From positions 32,056,001 to 32,120,000 of the forward strand of contig CM052816.1 in assembly GCA_028534125.1 (NCBI GenBank): DNA of 64,000 nt, in the 5' to 3' direction. The notes under the pieces were generated by a model. That model had not been told where the DNA came from. It ran no database searches and saw only the letters and a program-made list of their open reading frames with translations. Made by a program: the position numbers and the translations under genes. The stretch is from Lama glama. Taxonomy: Eukaryota. Shown piece after piece: positions 49,181 through 63,971 of this stretch (the stretch's first letter is position 1; each line of letters starts with the position of its first letter).

Positions 49181-51915
49181 TCTATAAACATAGGCAAAAT
49201 ATTTAAATATCAGCCAGAAAAATTAAGATTGAATATCAGAGAGGTTAAAAATCACATAAGAAGAGCTTGAGAAATGGAGCCATCTATTCAATCAATAAAA
49301 CCAAACCAAACATGGCACCCTTATCTGATATTGCATGCCCCTCTAATGGTAAAGATGCATCTTTGCCCTATGGAAATGGCTTTTTTCCTTAAATTGAGGC
49401 AAAATTAATGTAACAAAATCCTCTAGTTAAACCATCTCAAAATGTATAATTCAGTGACTTCCAGTGCATTTACAAGGTTGTGCAACCATCCCCTCTACCT
49501 AGTTCTAGAACATTTTAATCACTTGGGAAAAGAATCCCCATGCCTATTAAGTAGTCACTCTCCATTGCCTTTAACCCAAGTCCATTACTGGTTCTTTTAA
49601 ATTTCAGGAAAGAAAGTTATGAAGGTGCACTTATTCCTTCCACTGAGAAAAAAAAAAGTGCTATTTTAAAAGCTACTGGTACCATTAACTCAGAAAGAGT
49701 TTAACATAGAGCCCTGAGTCTTTATCTTATTTCTTCATGGAAAGAACCATAGAAACATGGAGGCGGAGATCATGCAAAGGCTCTCTGCTTCCAGGGAATC
49801 TCTAAATGCAGAATACCAACTAGCTAAAAACAAAGCTATGGATATCATGTCCTCATACACTCTCCTCAACAAAGAAACATTTTTTTGTTGAAATTCATTT
49901 AAGAAATTCTACACTAAACTGTTAACAGATTTCTTTGCCAACCAAAGAGGATGGCTACAGCATCGATTGCGGAAGGTTTGTTTTTTTTTTTTTTAATGAT
50001 CAGTGTAGAATACCAGTTGCAACCTGGTGGTTTTTCACAACAAATGGACCAAAATCACACACAGATGGCTTTTATTTTTCAAGGAAGTTGAACCAATAAT
50101 GTAATACCTGTAAATTTTATCCAAAATGTACAGATTTCTAGCTTTGCTTTAAAAATACTAGGTTAAGCGGCAACTCTGGGTGCTTAAAGCCATTGGCAAC
50201 AATTGGGTAGAGATGAGAGACAACTGCTGGTTTTGAGAGGATCATACATCTCTGAGTTTACCAGGGCCCTCATCTAGTCCATTTCCATCATGCTGCGCTG
50301 CTTGGCCCCTGATGGCACTTGAATTTGCTTCTCCTACTGTACAATGGTCTCTGCAGAGACATTCCAGAGACACATTCTTTCTTTAACCATACTTCAGGCA
50401 CAAAGCCGTCTAATGGGCAGACAAACTTGAAGTGTCTTCTCACTTTTTCCAACAGTCTTGAATTTTCCATTCTCAAAATTAATGATGGTTGGGATCCCTA
50501 TGGATCTAGCAACTTGAGTGAAAAGTACACAGTTTTTGAGTGGTAGACCAATGACTACCACTGATGATTTTGAAAGGTATACAAAAATTTCTGTTTGAGT
50601 GGCGAACAGTCATTGCATATTGGGTCTCATCACAAGTACATACAACCTCACTTAGAATCTAATAAGAAATATGTGGGAGCCATGAAGTGGGAATAATCTG
50701 AGCAACAGCACATAGTTTATAAAAACAAGTCTATCTGCAAACATTTGTCTCTCTCTCACATAGACATAGATACAGATAGAGATACAGGTGTAGTTATAGG
50801 ACCTCTATACTCATACTAGTTATGGAGAAGAGACCATTTACCAACATCAGAGGAAGGAAGCAAGTGAAATAAACAGGTTTATGCAAAATTTCACATCTGC
50901 TCAAAGAACAATAATTAGAATTTCCTTAAATTCTATTTGTTGACATCCTGCTTGAAACTGTACTGAAGTTATTTCAAATACACATATTTCTACCACTCCA
51001 TTTAAATACAAAATCAAGGATTTTTCCAAAATTATTTTATTTGTATTTCACTTCTCTAAAACCCAGTAGTATAACTGCTCTTAAATTAATCATTGTTAAT
51101 CAAGTTTTAACTAAATATCCCAAGTCTTATGAGCAGTCGCATGCTGTCCTGTACTTCTTTTACAGCTGTCCTGTTCTTGGTGTTAAATAGTATAATATAT
51201 GTAATCCAGTGTGATATCATGGCCGAAAGCTCAGGCTATCAAGGCAGAGTGACCTGTGTTAATAAAATGCTCATGTGGAAAGGAAGAACAAATGGAGTTA
51301 TGAGGATTCTTCTTACGAGAAAAGGGATTTGTTTGCAAGGGACATGCTTTGACAAGAGCTAGGGAAGAAAGAGTCAGATCCTAAGAGCACACTCAAAAAC
51401 ACCAGAAGCAGGGGGAAAGGAGAAGAATTTGTTTCTTTCCTAGTAGAAAGAGTAAGTAAAAATAGGAAGAACCAGCCCAAAGCTGACCAAATGCGAGACA
51501 TATTATCCGGGAGTGAATTTTTTAATAGAGAAATATGTGTGCGCAGCCGAGCTGATATAGGGCAACGAAGGCAGAACACGTTAGAATGTCTATGATTTAT
51601 TTTAAACTTCTCTAGCATAGACTCTGTGATATTGTATACATGTCAGTTACTTTCAGTGTCAACTCTAGAGGCAGACTATTGACCTAATATTGCACAATGA
51701 AGGGGTGGTCAGCTAGCTTGCTCCTACAGCTCTCCATATCTCCATCAACACTGAAGACTTTTTAGCATGACATTGATAATTAGCACATCAAAAATGGATT
51801 TTCTTTGGTGAAATTAAAGGCTTAATTAGCATGATGCATTTTTGAAAATGGATTTTATTGGTGAAATTAAAAGGTCTCATTGTATGTGGGTTGGTTGAAA
51901 TATTGCATAAACAAG

Positions 51916-52363
51916 TATCATGGGTTGAATTGTGTCCCCTAAAAAGATATGCTGAATTCTTAACCACCTAGTACCTGAGAATGTGGCCTTATTTGGAAAT
52001 AGGGTTGCTGCAGATGTAATTACCTAAGATTAAAAGTCATGCTGGACTAGGGTGAATCATTTCCAAAATGACTGGTGTCCTTATAAAAGGAGGAGAGAGA
52101 GATACACAGGAAGACTGCCATGTGGAGACAGAGGCAGAGATTGGAATTACATAGCTGCAAGCAAGGAAAGCCAAGGGTGGAAGACCACCACTGGACGCCA
52201 GGAAGAGGCAAGGAAGGATTCTACCCAGGGTCTCACAGAGAGCATGGCCTTGGTGACATTTTGATTTTTGGACTTCTAGTCTCCAGAACTAAGGGAAAAT
52301 AATTTTTTTGTTAATTTAAGGCACCCAATTTGTGGTATTTTATTACTTTGAAACTAATTCAAC
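51916..52363 (+). mobile_element. MLT1C-type MaLR solo LTR
   Basis: atgggttgaattgtgtcccctaaaaagatatg...gaatgtggccttatttggaaataggg...ggacttctagtctccagaact. Confidence 0.9.
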
Positions 52364-52417
52364 AAGATATAAGCCTTTGGCGAGGGTCATACCCTGCACC
52401 CTTATGGATGGCATTCA

Positions 52418-52926
52418 TATCCATCAGGGTTCTCCAAAGAAACAAAACTAATAGGCTGTCTGTGTGTGTGTGTCTGTCTATAAAGAAATTTATTATAAGA
52501 AATAGGCTCATTCAATTGTGGAGTCTGTCAAGTCCCCAGATCTGCTAGGTGAGTCAGCAAGTTAGAGGCCCTGGAGACCAGTGATAATAGTTCCAGTCCA
52601 AAGGCCAGCAGGCTCAAGACACAGGAAAAGTCAATGTTTCCATTCTAGTCCACAGGGGGAAAAATGATTTCAGTTTTAAAGGTGATCAGGCTGGAAGAAT
52701 TCTTTATTACTCAGGGGAGAGTCAACCTATTTAGGCCTTCAAATATTTGGATGATGACCTCATATTGGGAGGGAAATCTTCCTTACTAAGTCTGCCTAAA
52801 TAAATGTTAATTTAAATGTTAATCTTATCTAAAAACACACTCACAGAAAAACCCAGAATAATGTTTGACCAAGCAGGTGGGCCCCTCTTGGCCCAGGCAG
52901 GTTGACACATAAAATAAACCAACACA
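52418..52926 (-). mobile_element. MLT2 (ERVL) solo LTR
   Basis: cagggttctccaaagaaacaaaactaatagg...cacactcacagaaaaacccagaataatgtttgaccaa...gttgacacataaaataaacc. Confidence 0.9.
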
Positions 52927-53699
52927 GCACCAGAAGTCCTGTGTTCCACATTAGTTTAGGAGGGTTGATAGTTGCCTGTGCCACCTCTAAGGGTAACAGT
53001 CTTTCTCTGGAATGTACTTACATCTACTTGAGTGAACCTTTTGTACGAGGTGAGGTTGGAGCACCTGAAGGACAAAATCTTGAAAATTATAGGTTTATAA
53101 ACTGTGTTGGCCCTGCATGCTAATGAATGTTTGTTTAATAAATGTTTGTATTTGTGCCAGAATTTGGAGTGAGACTTTAGAGTGCTTTCATCTATATTCT
53201 ATGGTAAGTTTCAGGAGGAAGTAGTTAAACCTCACAATTCTCAAATTTCTTATGTGTTACATTAGTTATCAAAAAGCATGTCAGAGTCCTACTTGACCAA
53301 ATTTCTGGGAGGGGCTTTAGATTTTCATAGGCTGAGAAATAGTCAGCATTCCAGCCATTTTTACTTGGATCATAAGGGTAAGGCATTCTCAGTTGATACA
53401 TAGGTCATATCACTTAATTAAATGCAGCATGACATTGGGCTAGTAAACTTTCCAAGCCTTGGTTCTGTAAACTGGGGAAAATAAAAGTACTTATTTCAAA
53501 TACTATTGTGAAAATTAGATAGAATAATGCAGGTGACATATTTATCATAATGCCTGGCACATTTTAAGCACTGATTAAAATCTGTCATTATTATTTTTAA
53601 TCTTCAATAATGTTTGACAGGTCAGAAAAATAATCCAGGAGAGGCAAGTGGGAATGATCACAAAAAGGACAGAGAGACTAAACGATGAATTAATTTTCT

Positions 53700-54264
53700 A
53701 TCACTACTTGAACAAATTATCACAAGTTTAGAAGAGGCTAAAATAGACACAAATTTATTATCCTACAGTTATGTAAGTCTGAAGTCTAGTAGGGTCTCAC
53801 TAGACTAAAATCAAGGTTACCTACAGGCTGTATTTCTCTCTAGAGGAAAATCCACTTCCTGCTCACTCAACTTATTGAAAGAATTCAGTTCTTTTCAATT
53901 ATAGAACCAAGGTCCCCAGTTTCTTGCTGGTTGTGTACTGAAAGCTGGTCACAGCTTCTAGAAGCCACCTGCAATTTCTTGGTTCACAGCCCACTTCCTC
54001 CATCTTCAAAGCCAGCAATGGCTGATCAAGTGCTTCTCACATCTCATCCTCTGACCCACCCTTCTGAATTCCTTATCCATTTTTAAAGATCTGTGTGATT
54101 AGATTGGACCCATCCAGACAATCCAGGATAACCTCCCCATCTCAAGGATTTTAACCTTAATCACATCTGCAAAGTCCTGTTCATCATATAAGGTGGAAAA
54201 TCCACAGATTCCAGGGATTAGGATGTAAACATTGTGGAGGGTCCTCTATATATTGCCCACCACA
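53700..54264 (-). mobile_element. MLT1E-type MaLR LTR
   Basis: acaaattatcacaa...ttcctccatcttcaaagccagcaat...ttaaccttaatcacatctgcaaagtcc...gggattaggatgt. Confidence 0.85.
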
Positions 54265-56081
54265 AGGAAGAAGGGGCAGAGGGCAGGTGGAGCCCTGGGA
54301 ACCCCATGAAACCTTGTATCTTCTCCTGATCTAGACATCTTCGCCCCACTCCCTCTCCATCCGTGCACAACTTTCTCTCCACAAACCAAGATAGTCAGAG
54401 TAGCTCAGAGGGAGACAAAGACACATGATTTTCAAGATGGGGCCACAATGTTTGGGTAGGTGACTTTTATTCTGAATGATGGTACAATCTCATCTCTTCA
54501 GAAACTGGGGGCTTAGATATTGATGAGGAGAGTTGGATATACAAAGAAAATAATCCACTTGCATCAGAGCCCAGTCCCTGAAGGCTATCTGAGGTGTCAC
54601 AAAGTCCCAAGAGAGCATATATTCATCTGCAGATACAGGTTAAAATATAAGCCATGTTTTTTAAAGCTCTCCTCCATATTATTGTTCTCCATTCTAGTCT
54701 AGGTGCTAAAACAAGTCACCTGTATTAACACTACACGTGTATGCCATGGTAAGACTAAGAACCAAATCTGGAAGAAACAGAAAAAGAATCATTTCACAAG
54801 TCTAAGATGAGAAAGTGTAAGATCCTTCACTGATTGAGATCTATGGGTTTTGATTCTGAAATGAATGTTCCTTTATCCAGTGCTTTGATCCTGAGAAGCA
54901 GGATTTTTCCATTAGAGTTCTTTCTTGATTTGCAGAGTTCAAAACAGGCCCAAGCAAGGTTGTCCCTGTCTAGGGATAAATTTGGGGGACTTAAAAGGCT
55001 TTTTCTAGACTGGCTTGGTTGGGACTGCTAATGTAGTGGGTCTAATATTTCTTTCACTACAAATCAGATGCAGGTAGCATAAACTTTTGGAAGAAGTCTT
55101 CTGAGGATTGCATGGAGCCAGGGGATCAGGAACAGAGACACTTCTCCCTCCATTCTGAGTTACTGGGAAGCATGCTACCTGGTACCTTGTGACCCATATG
55201 AGGCCCATCTCAGTGTGGCCTTGCTTCTGCCCACTTGTTACAGAGCAGAGTACCTGAAAGACTCTACTGTGTTCTACACTCTCTGCTAATAAAATGATTT
55301 AAACTAGATTATTCAGATGGATTTAGAACATGAGATCTAAAACCATAATGTCCTTCTGCCATTGTTTGAATATCTGAAATCACATTATTCAAGAGTTGTA
55401 CTTTGGACTCCAAACTCTGTTAAAATGCAAATACAAGTAAAGAGAAACAACCTTTACCAGCCATTCACCTCTTAAACAAGAGAATGTTTTATCAGAAACT
55501 TTCCAAAGAGTAGATCTTTGTAAGGAGAATTATGGAGAATGGGCAAAAGTGTGGTTAAGTTTTCCAGAAAAGTAAAATCAGAAGAACAAAAGACAAGGTA
55601 CACCTACTTCAACATTTTGCCAAGAAATAATGTTTTCCTCATTTAGTGACTTTCTTTGCTAAAGAAAATTTCTTAGAATTTTCTCTTCCTAAACTTCTTC
55701 TTAACTTCTACTTTAAAATAATACTTTTCCTAAAAACAGTGGTCCTTATGAGATGAATAGAAAAAGAGACGGATAGAAAATGTTTCCCACTAGATATGAA
55801 ACTGTCATTAAAACAAAACAGAACAAAAAATCGCTTTCATTGCATTTTTGCTGAGCAGATCACTTTTCAGAAATGTATGAGAAAAATAAAATAAAATTTA
55901 GATAACATGGAGGCTAACTGTGGTCTCCACCACTCAGAATATACCAACAATTTATATAACAGCTCTTGGACACCAAGTTCTGCCAGCTAAAATTTCTTAG
56001 AAGTTTACTCCGTGTTTTTCTTCCCAGTATATCCCCTTACATTATATATACATAAAACATTATAATTCAGAAATAGCATTC

Positions 56082-57100
56082 AGTGCAGTTTGGTGCAGCC
56101 ACTATGGAAAACAGTGTAGAGATTCCTCAAAAGACTAGGAATAGACTTACCATATGACCCAGGAATCCCACTCCTGGGCTTGTACCCAGAAGGAAATCTA
56201 CTTCAGGATGACACCTGCACCCCAATGTTCATAGCAGCACTATTTACAATAGCCAAAACATGGAAACAGCCTAAATGTCCATCAACAGGTGACTGGATAA
56301 AGAAGATGTGGTATATTNNNNNNNNNNNNNNNNNNNNNNNNNNNNNNNNNNNNNNNNNNNNNNNNNNNNNNNNNNNNNNNNNNNNNNNNNNNNNNNNNNN
56401 NNNNNNNNNNNNNNNNNNNNNNNNNNNNNNNNNNNNNNNNNNNNNNNNNNNNNNNNNNNNNNNNNNNNNNNNNNNNNNNNNNNNNNNNNNNNNNNNNNNN
56501 NNNNNNNNNNNNNNNNNNNNNNNNNNNNNNNNNNNNNNNNNNNNNNNNNNNNNNNNNNNNNNNNNNNNNNNNNNNNNNNNNNNNNNNNNNNNNNNNNNNN
56601 NNNNNNNNNNNNNNNNNNNNNNNNNNNNNNNNNNNNNNNNNNNNNNNNNNNNNNNNNNNNNNNNNNNNNNNNNNNNNNNNNNNNNNNNNNNNNNNNNNNN
56701 NNNNNNNNNNNNNNNNNNNNNNNNNNNNNNNNNNNNNNNNNNNNNNNNNNNNNNNNNNNNNNNNNNNNNNNNNNNNNNNNNNNNNNNNNNNNNNNNNNNN
56801 NNNNNNNNNNNNNNNNNAAAAGCATAAATACAGGACAGAAATAGACTCATAGACATAGAATACAGACTTGTGGTTGCCAGGGGGGTGGAGGGTGGGAAGG
56901 GATAGACTGGGATTTCAAAATTGTAGAATAGATAAACAAGGTTATACTGTATAGCACAGGGAATCACAAAGGAAAAAATGTGATAATGAGTGTGTATATG
57001 TCCAAGTATGACTGAAAAATTGTGCTGAACACTAGAATTTGACAAATTGTAAAAATGATTATAAATCAATAAAAAATGTTTTTAAAAAACAAAATAAAAT
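56082..57100 (+). mobile_element. Young L1 3' end spanning a gap
   Basis: [45 protein letters not shown] before the gap; 3' UTR and A-rich tail after it. Confidence 0.93.
56318..56817. other. Assembly gap (500 N)
   Basis: Run of n. Confidence 1.
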
Positions 57101-57803
57101 ACAATAGTACATGTTATTAAAGATTACATACATATTTTAAGGACATATCAAAACATTACTGCAGGCACCTATCAGGCAGAGGTTGATGAAAAAGAATGAG
57201 AGTGGAGATTAGAGAAGAAGGGAAAAAATAAAACAATAGAGGATACCCATTTAAATTACTAGTAACACTGTGTTCTGCATATGGTACCTGGAGTCCCATA
57301 GGAAAAATACAGTGGAATGGATTGGATGAAACAGGGAAGAAGCCACATCTCAAAATGGAAGGGAACCCATTCTGTGCACTGTAACATCATGATGATCTCA
57401 CACATTTATTTATATATATATGAAATTACTTGAAGATGCACTCTAACTTTTCATTATAAGCAAGTCTAAATAATTTAATTTTTCCAGTATGGTGCATATA
57501 TCACATAGGCTGAAAAATAAAAATTAACAAAAAGAGGAAATTGTGATATATTGAAAAAAGTTCAATTTGTTCCCCTTTTTGCAAAAAAAAGAAAAAAACA
57601 ACAACACACAATAGAGAGAGAATGCCTGGAGGAAATGTAGGTTAAGGTTTTAACATGCAGAATGCCCACAATTTTACTTATTTAGAAACTTCACCTTGTC
57701 TGTATGTTTTAAGGAAACCACTAAGAAAACAGAAAAAAAGTCTATGGAGAGCAGCTACCACAGGGCAGCCATTCAAGACACTGGTCTGGGCTTCCATAAA
57801 GCC

Positions 57804-58364
57804 TATAAAACTTGGGTTTCTTAAGATCTGAAGGTTAGTGGATCTTTTATTAATAAAACTCAAGCCCACCAGCAATATGAACCTTCTACTAAGTGAAAGG
57901 AAAATACTGGATAACTGAACCAGTCATTAAATTGGAAAAAAATCTAGAACTCCAGTGGAAAAACAGCTTTATTGATTCCCCATGTTTGCCACTGACGTAC
58001 CAACAGTGGGTCTCATGATATTGCACAGGAAGGCAGCTCAGTCAGAGGGTTTGCTTTGCTGTATGACAGCTGCAGCCAGATCTTCCTGTCTAGATGAAGA
58101 TACCATCCAAATCCTAGGAAAACAAAATAAAGGGTGAAACCCCAGCAGCTGCAAATAATTTCTGTCCAGTCATCAGGACGGCTTTTTGCTTTAATTGCAA
58201 TTACTGAAAAGTTCAGAACTAAATAGGGAAATGACACAAAAACATTAACTTGGGCAATACTCAGACACTTGGTAGATTCTATATACACTGTACATGGAGT
58301 AAAGAAAATAATTAAGGGCTTTGAAGAGAAGAAACAGTCATTTCATTGAGCAAAGACAAAACAG
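57804..58364 (+). promoter_or_regulatory. Candidate TATA promoter and non-coding first exon
   Basis: TATAAAA at 57804-57810; tgacgt at about 57993; cagctg E-boxes at about 58067 and 58146; donor ACAG|gtaaat at 58364; unique non-repeat sequence. Confidence 0.3.
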
Positions 58365-60035
58365 GTAAATCCTTAAAATTTCTTTTCTTTCTTCTCTATG
58401 TTATCACTGGGCACTATCCCAGGGTGGCATTTAAGTATCATTTTGAAAGGTTTCTAGTGAAACCTTTCTAGTGAAACCATCCAACTTAGGAGTTAAATCT
58501 AAGCTGCTGTGATTTCCCATTTAATTTTGGGGGGACCTGAGCATTCACAATTCATTTTACAAGCTCATAACTGTTATGAGACATAAAGGGATGGGAGCAG
58601 AATTTTTAAAGATGTCTAAAGAATGCAATGACTTTAACCTACGAATTACTCCAGTTTTTTAAAATAATAGCAATACATTTTCCAAATAAAAACTCTTTGT
58701 TAATCTCAATTCAAATATAAGGTATTGAAGAGAATCCATTTGAATAGTTATGTTTATGATAAGCACTTTTATTGTTTCAAGGGAAAATATGCTTTTTAAT
58801 GGACATTTCTGTGATTAAGACAGAATGAATTTATTCTAATTAGGTTTTCTGTCAGCATGACCTTGAGGGATTTTCTTTCTCTTTCTCTCTCTTTTTTTTT
58901 TTTTTTTTTTTCAGTTTGAGGTCCTGCTAGAACAAAATTAAATTTGGTGAGATCTGGGGATTCAGTTGTGATTTTCCTTGATATTTGATCTTTTAGAGTC
59001 AAATGGAAAACCAACAATTTTCCAAATGGAAATCAACAGCTTTCCAAAAGCACAGGCATTTCTCTGTTGAAACATGATTTTCTAATTCCAAAGAGAAATT
59101 AACCTACTGATTCAAAGCAACTCAGACCTTGGTCCAGCTCTTTATTGTACTGATGATCCCTGCCACCTGAATGGTTTTTATTGCCATGCAATGAGAACAT
59201 GACTGCTGATGCACAACAGCAGGCAGTCCTATGGGTGTGGACCCTCAGATTATGACCAGAGTGGGGTCATCTCATGGCCAAGATGGGGAGGCCATTCACA
59301 TGAAGTGAAGAGTCATCACAATATTTATACAGCTATCACTGAAAACTGAAATCAGATCTTCTGCAACAACATTGTAAGACGTTTAATCACCAGGGAAGTC
59401 ATAACTCAAGTTAAGCAGAGGATGCTAAGGCAAAACAATCTGTGTGAACAGCTCCTAGGATACTATCCAAGTAGCAGGTTCCGGGGAATGGCTTTGACCA
59501 TCGTGCCTTTTGAGGCTTCTTTATGCTGCTGACCCTGGGGATGTCAAAGACATTGTCATTTTAATTCAGAGACAATCTGATGGGGACTAAAGACAAATCA
59601 GTACATTTCAGCTGTTTTTATTATCCGATGATGTGTGAAACAGATAGGCTTATATTATCCTTAAACCCTCTGCAGTCTGGGGACAGAGTGGAGCTCAGGA
59701 AGTGGTGGTAGTGAAAAACAAGTGAGGCTGGGGTGGGGTTTGTGGAGCAGAGAGGAGACAGACAAACATTCAGCAAATGGTTAGCCACTACTCTCTATGC
59801 TGGGAGAAAGAAACAGTTTTTTCCTTATGTAGTTTACATAAGGAACTTATGTAGTACCAGAGATGAAACAAACAATAACTGAACAAGATGGTTTTAGTGC
59901 TATGGAAAAAAATATTAAATGGATGATCTGATAGAAAACCCCTAGTAGTAATTCGCCAGGCAGAGCAAGAAGGCAGTGGAGCAATGAGTGAGGAAGAGAG
60001 TGAGGATGAGGAAGGCAGGAAGAAGACGGTTGTGT

Positions 60036-60248
60036 CAGGGTGTCTGAACTTGGGCATTACTGATATCTGGGGTCAGATAATTCTGTGTCACAGGGAGTTG
60101 TCCTGTGTCCTGTAGAGTGTTAGCAGTGTTCCTGGCCTCTCCCCAGTGGATGCCAGTAACACTCCCCTGGTTGTGACAACCAGAAGTGCCTCCAGATATC
60201 ACTAACTGACCCTTGGAACATTTGAGACTCTCCATTTGAGAACCACTA
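60036..60248. mobile_element. MER20 hAT-Charlie inserted into an L2 (about 59870-60930)
   Basis: gataattctgtgtc...gtcctgtgtcctgtagagtgttagcagtgttcctggcctc...gatgccagta...gttgtgacaacca...tccagatat...ttgagaaccacta. Confidence 0.9.
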
Positions 60249-63200
60249 GCTCACACAGGGCCTCAGAAGCAGGAGCATTAGGCAAAATATTTAACAACTT
60301 ATGTGACAAGAGCACATGCCACTCAGACAAGGCACTGATGGTAAAGAACCTATAAAGCTGTACCAGTGCATCCTGGATGAATGTCAGCCCTGCTCACACT
60401 GAGGAGTTGAATTTCCTTCTAATTGTGATAGAAAGCTAGAGAAGTGATTCCTAGTTGTCTTTTAAGACAGAAAGCGACATGGTTTCTTTTAGGTTTTCAA
60501 AACGACCATTTTAGCTGCTAAGCAGAGAACAGATTTCAGGGTAGGGCAGCATGAGAGGAGGCAAGGAGACTCGTGGGAGGCTACTGAAGAAATCCACGTG
60601 CAAGATGCTGGAGACTTGGACTAGAGTCACAGTAGTGGAGATAAATCAAAGCAACCACAATATATTCTAGAGGTGGAGAGCAATTGACCAATCAAGGATT
60701 ATACCTCAGTTTTGGCTTAACAATTGAGTAACTGATGCTCATTTATTAAGATGGGAAGACTAGACGAAGAAGAGATTCCAGAGCGAAAATGAAGAATTCT
60801 GTTTTATGTATGTTTAAACTTCAAGACACCTATTAAATATCAAAATAAAGTTGTCCAAGAGGTACCAGTACCAGCTGGCAACTTGAATCTAGAGGTCTGA
60901 ATAAATTTGATAGTCACCAGCATATACAATACAGAAACAACTAACATCCAGAAGTCCACGTTTATATATGTAATCAACACAGGAGAGGCCACTAACCATT
61001 CAAATCAGTGTGTCTGCTCATTTTCTGAAGATTAACTTATATATTTCATGCCCTGTCTCCCATAACCTCCAATTTCCTCACTGTATTTGACAAAGATTAG
61101 CCTCATTTAATTTCAATTAACAAATAATCTGACCTTTGTACTTTGTTTTTTATTGAAAAATTTGAGCAAATATCCCTGCGCACTTTTCAAGGGTTTCCTG
61201 ACAATGCAAAATTGAATGCAAATCTATTAGGCTCTAGGGTGAGGACAGGGAAAGAAACTCATAGATGTTTGGGGTAACAATATAATTCCTTATTCTTAGT
61301 CCCACACAGCCCAGGGCCCCACAATTAACTGCCATCTCGTTTTAAAATATTCAGTGCATTTTGTCATCATTTCACTTAATATTATTAAATTCTAATTGCT
61401 CTTTGAGGACAGGTGTCAATCCATTAGATTCAAACCCAGTTCTAACAGGTGTCAGCATATACAACTATTAATAATGGGTGAAATCTAATATTTAAATAAC
61501 ACGTTGTGGTTTTCACAGCACTTCCTTTGGTGATAAGATTTTATTTTCACCACAATTTTGTGACACAGGAAAGGCAGATATTTTTGTACAACAACTTTAA
61601 AACAAAGAAACTATTGTTCAACTAGATTAAATAATTTGCCCTTTGTCCTGCAGTTGGTAAATGTTAGCAAAAGTATTGGAACACAAGTATCTTGACAACT
61701 AATTCCATACTGAAGAGTAGATGGTGTTCTGCCAGTGCATTATGGCAGTGTAACTCACAATATCTGACCCCAAAAGTAAACCCTTATTTGACTTTTTCCT
61801 GAAGATGATTTGAGCTGGTCCTCAACCCAGGCATATTTTCCTATGTTCCTTCTCTGTAATCTAATTTTCCATGCTTGATAAAATTTGTGTGGCTGCCTTC
61901 TGTGTTCAACATGCTATCTTTCCTTCTGCTTTCTTGGCTTGCCTCTATGCCAGTTGACAGCATCTTCCTGAGACTTCCTTTCTGGCATCCTAACTTTTTC
62001 CTGATTACTTCAGCCCTATCATGACCAAAAACGTGGCACAGACTATAAAAATTGAGTTATATTCTTCTTCTTTTCCTTGCTGAGTGGGTTTACTCAAACT
62101 TTGCTCTCCATGATTAATGAAGACTCCTGTTTTCCTAACCTAAATGTCTCATTCTGCACTGACAAAATCTTTTCCTTTATTGATTTCACAACTAATACCT
62201 GATATTGTAGAAAACGACATAAGAGTATAAAGAGAAAAAATAAATTACCCCCATAACCTCTAGCCAAAGATCAGTAAGATGTGATTGCTTGATTACTTTT
62301 GTTGTCTCTTGAATTGAATGCTTAATTAACATTTTAAAATTCTTTCTTATTAATAGTGAAGGGATTCAAGTCCATAAGTTTTACTCAAAGTACAACTTTA
62401 GCCACATTCCATAACCTTAAGGGAAGGCGGTAAAAATGAATTCAGAGAGGGAACATGGCAGATTGTGTACGGCCTTGTAGGCCATTGTGAAAACGTTACC
62501 TTTTACTGAAATGAAATAGAGAGTCCCTGGAGAGTTTTAGGCAAAGCAGTAGCATAATTTAACTGAAAGGATCAATTAAATTAAAAAGTGAAAAGTGCCT
62601 ACTTAGGAATGTGAACAATGCCACAGAAACAAAAGTCGGAGAAAATTAATATGCAATTAGCCTTCCCTATCTGTAGGTTATGAGCCCTGATTTAAGAGAA
62701 ACATGTTTTATTCTTTGTAACTAAAATAACCAAAATCTAATAAACATGTAAGTAAATATTAGCTATTACATTTTCATCTGATACTAGTGTTTTATATTCA
62801 TACAGTCCAGACTACTGAATCTTACATAATGGATACTCAATAAATAAATACCTGCTGGTTTAAAAAGAAAAAAAAGGAGGGGAAGGAGAGGGATGGACAG
62901 AGAAGGAGGAAGAAAAGAGAGGAGATAGGAAAATCATTCAGTATACTTACTTCTACAAATAAGGAAATACACTGTCAGGGATAGATAATTAGGCTAATAC
63001 ATCACTAACTAATCTCAAATTTTACAGAATATATAATATGATGAGCCTTTACTTTAAAAACAAAGAACTGAGAAATGTTTCATTTCTTAAAATTTCTCTT
63101 AAAAATTAAGCTTGTATCTGTTCTTACCTATAAAATGTTTGTTTGCCCTGACTTTCTCACTAATGTGGATTCATAGTCCTCACCCCCTCACATACATACA

Positions 63201-63461
63201 CAAAGACATAAATTCCTGTGAGAAACTAACATGGGGCAAGAAGATGCACACAGAGCTGACTGTTCTCCCTAAATTAAAGCAGAGCAACAAATAAAGTGCT
63301 AATTTGCACTTTTGGGCTTAGTTTTGCTATCAGTGTTTGAAACAACTTCAGTTTTTATATGATGATTGCTTAATTAAAGGATTTAGTGTGTATTCAAGAG
63401 AGCTACTTGATGCATTTACAAAATGAAATAAGATCTGCTTCTCTATTACTGTGTTTCGCAG

Positions 63462-63491
63462 CTCAAGATATCGTGGGAAATGGACTGAAGT
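63462..63491 (+). other. Candidate 30-nt internal exon (5' UTR or lncRNA)
   Basis: ttctctattactgtgtttcgcag|CTCAAGATATCGTGGGAAATGGACTGAAGT|gtaagt. Confidence 0.5.
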
Positions 63492-63971
63492 GTAAGTGTG
63501 CTGTCCCCCTGTGAAGCAAACCTACTTCTGGTGCAAGTGGCTTGTATGTCTTCATGATCTACCACCCTCGAAAAGAGAACAGAGATACTCGAACTGAGGT
63601 TACAGCAGGAAAGTACTCTTGTGTGAATCCTCATTTATCCTTTTGTAATAAATAGCTTGCACATCAAATGGGTCCCACCTACGTGCCAAAGTTTTCATTT
63701 TCTAATACAAATTCCATCCAGAGCCTCAATATCAAGCTGCGTTCTCTCAGCCTTTCCTGTCAATGCCAGACAACAGATCTAGCAGTAACAATTCTTCTGA
63801 CAGTTTTGTGATGGAAATGTGAGGCACAACTTGATACAGACAGCTCTGCTATCATCGCATTATAATTCCTGCAATTCTAACCATAAAATCCACCTTTTGT
63901 GGGTTAAGTAGACAGTTACGATTAAACATCAGGGCCACAGTTTTATTTGTGACTTCTTTCTTTCTTTCCAG

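Noticed and set aside
56180..57069. ORFs of 178-288 aa
   Set aside because: N-gap artefacts within an L1 3' end.
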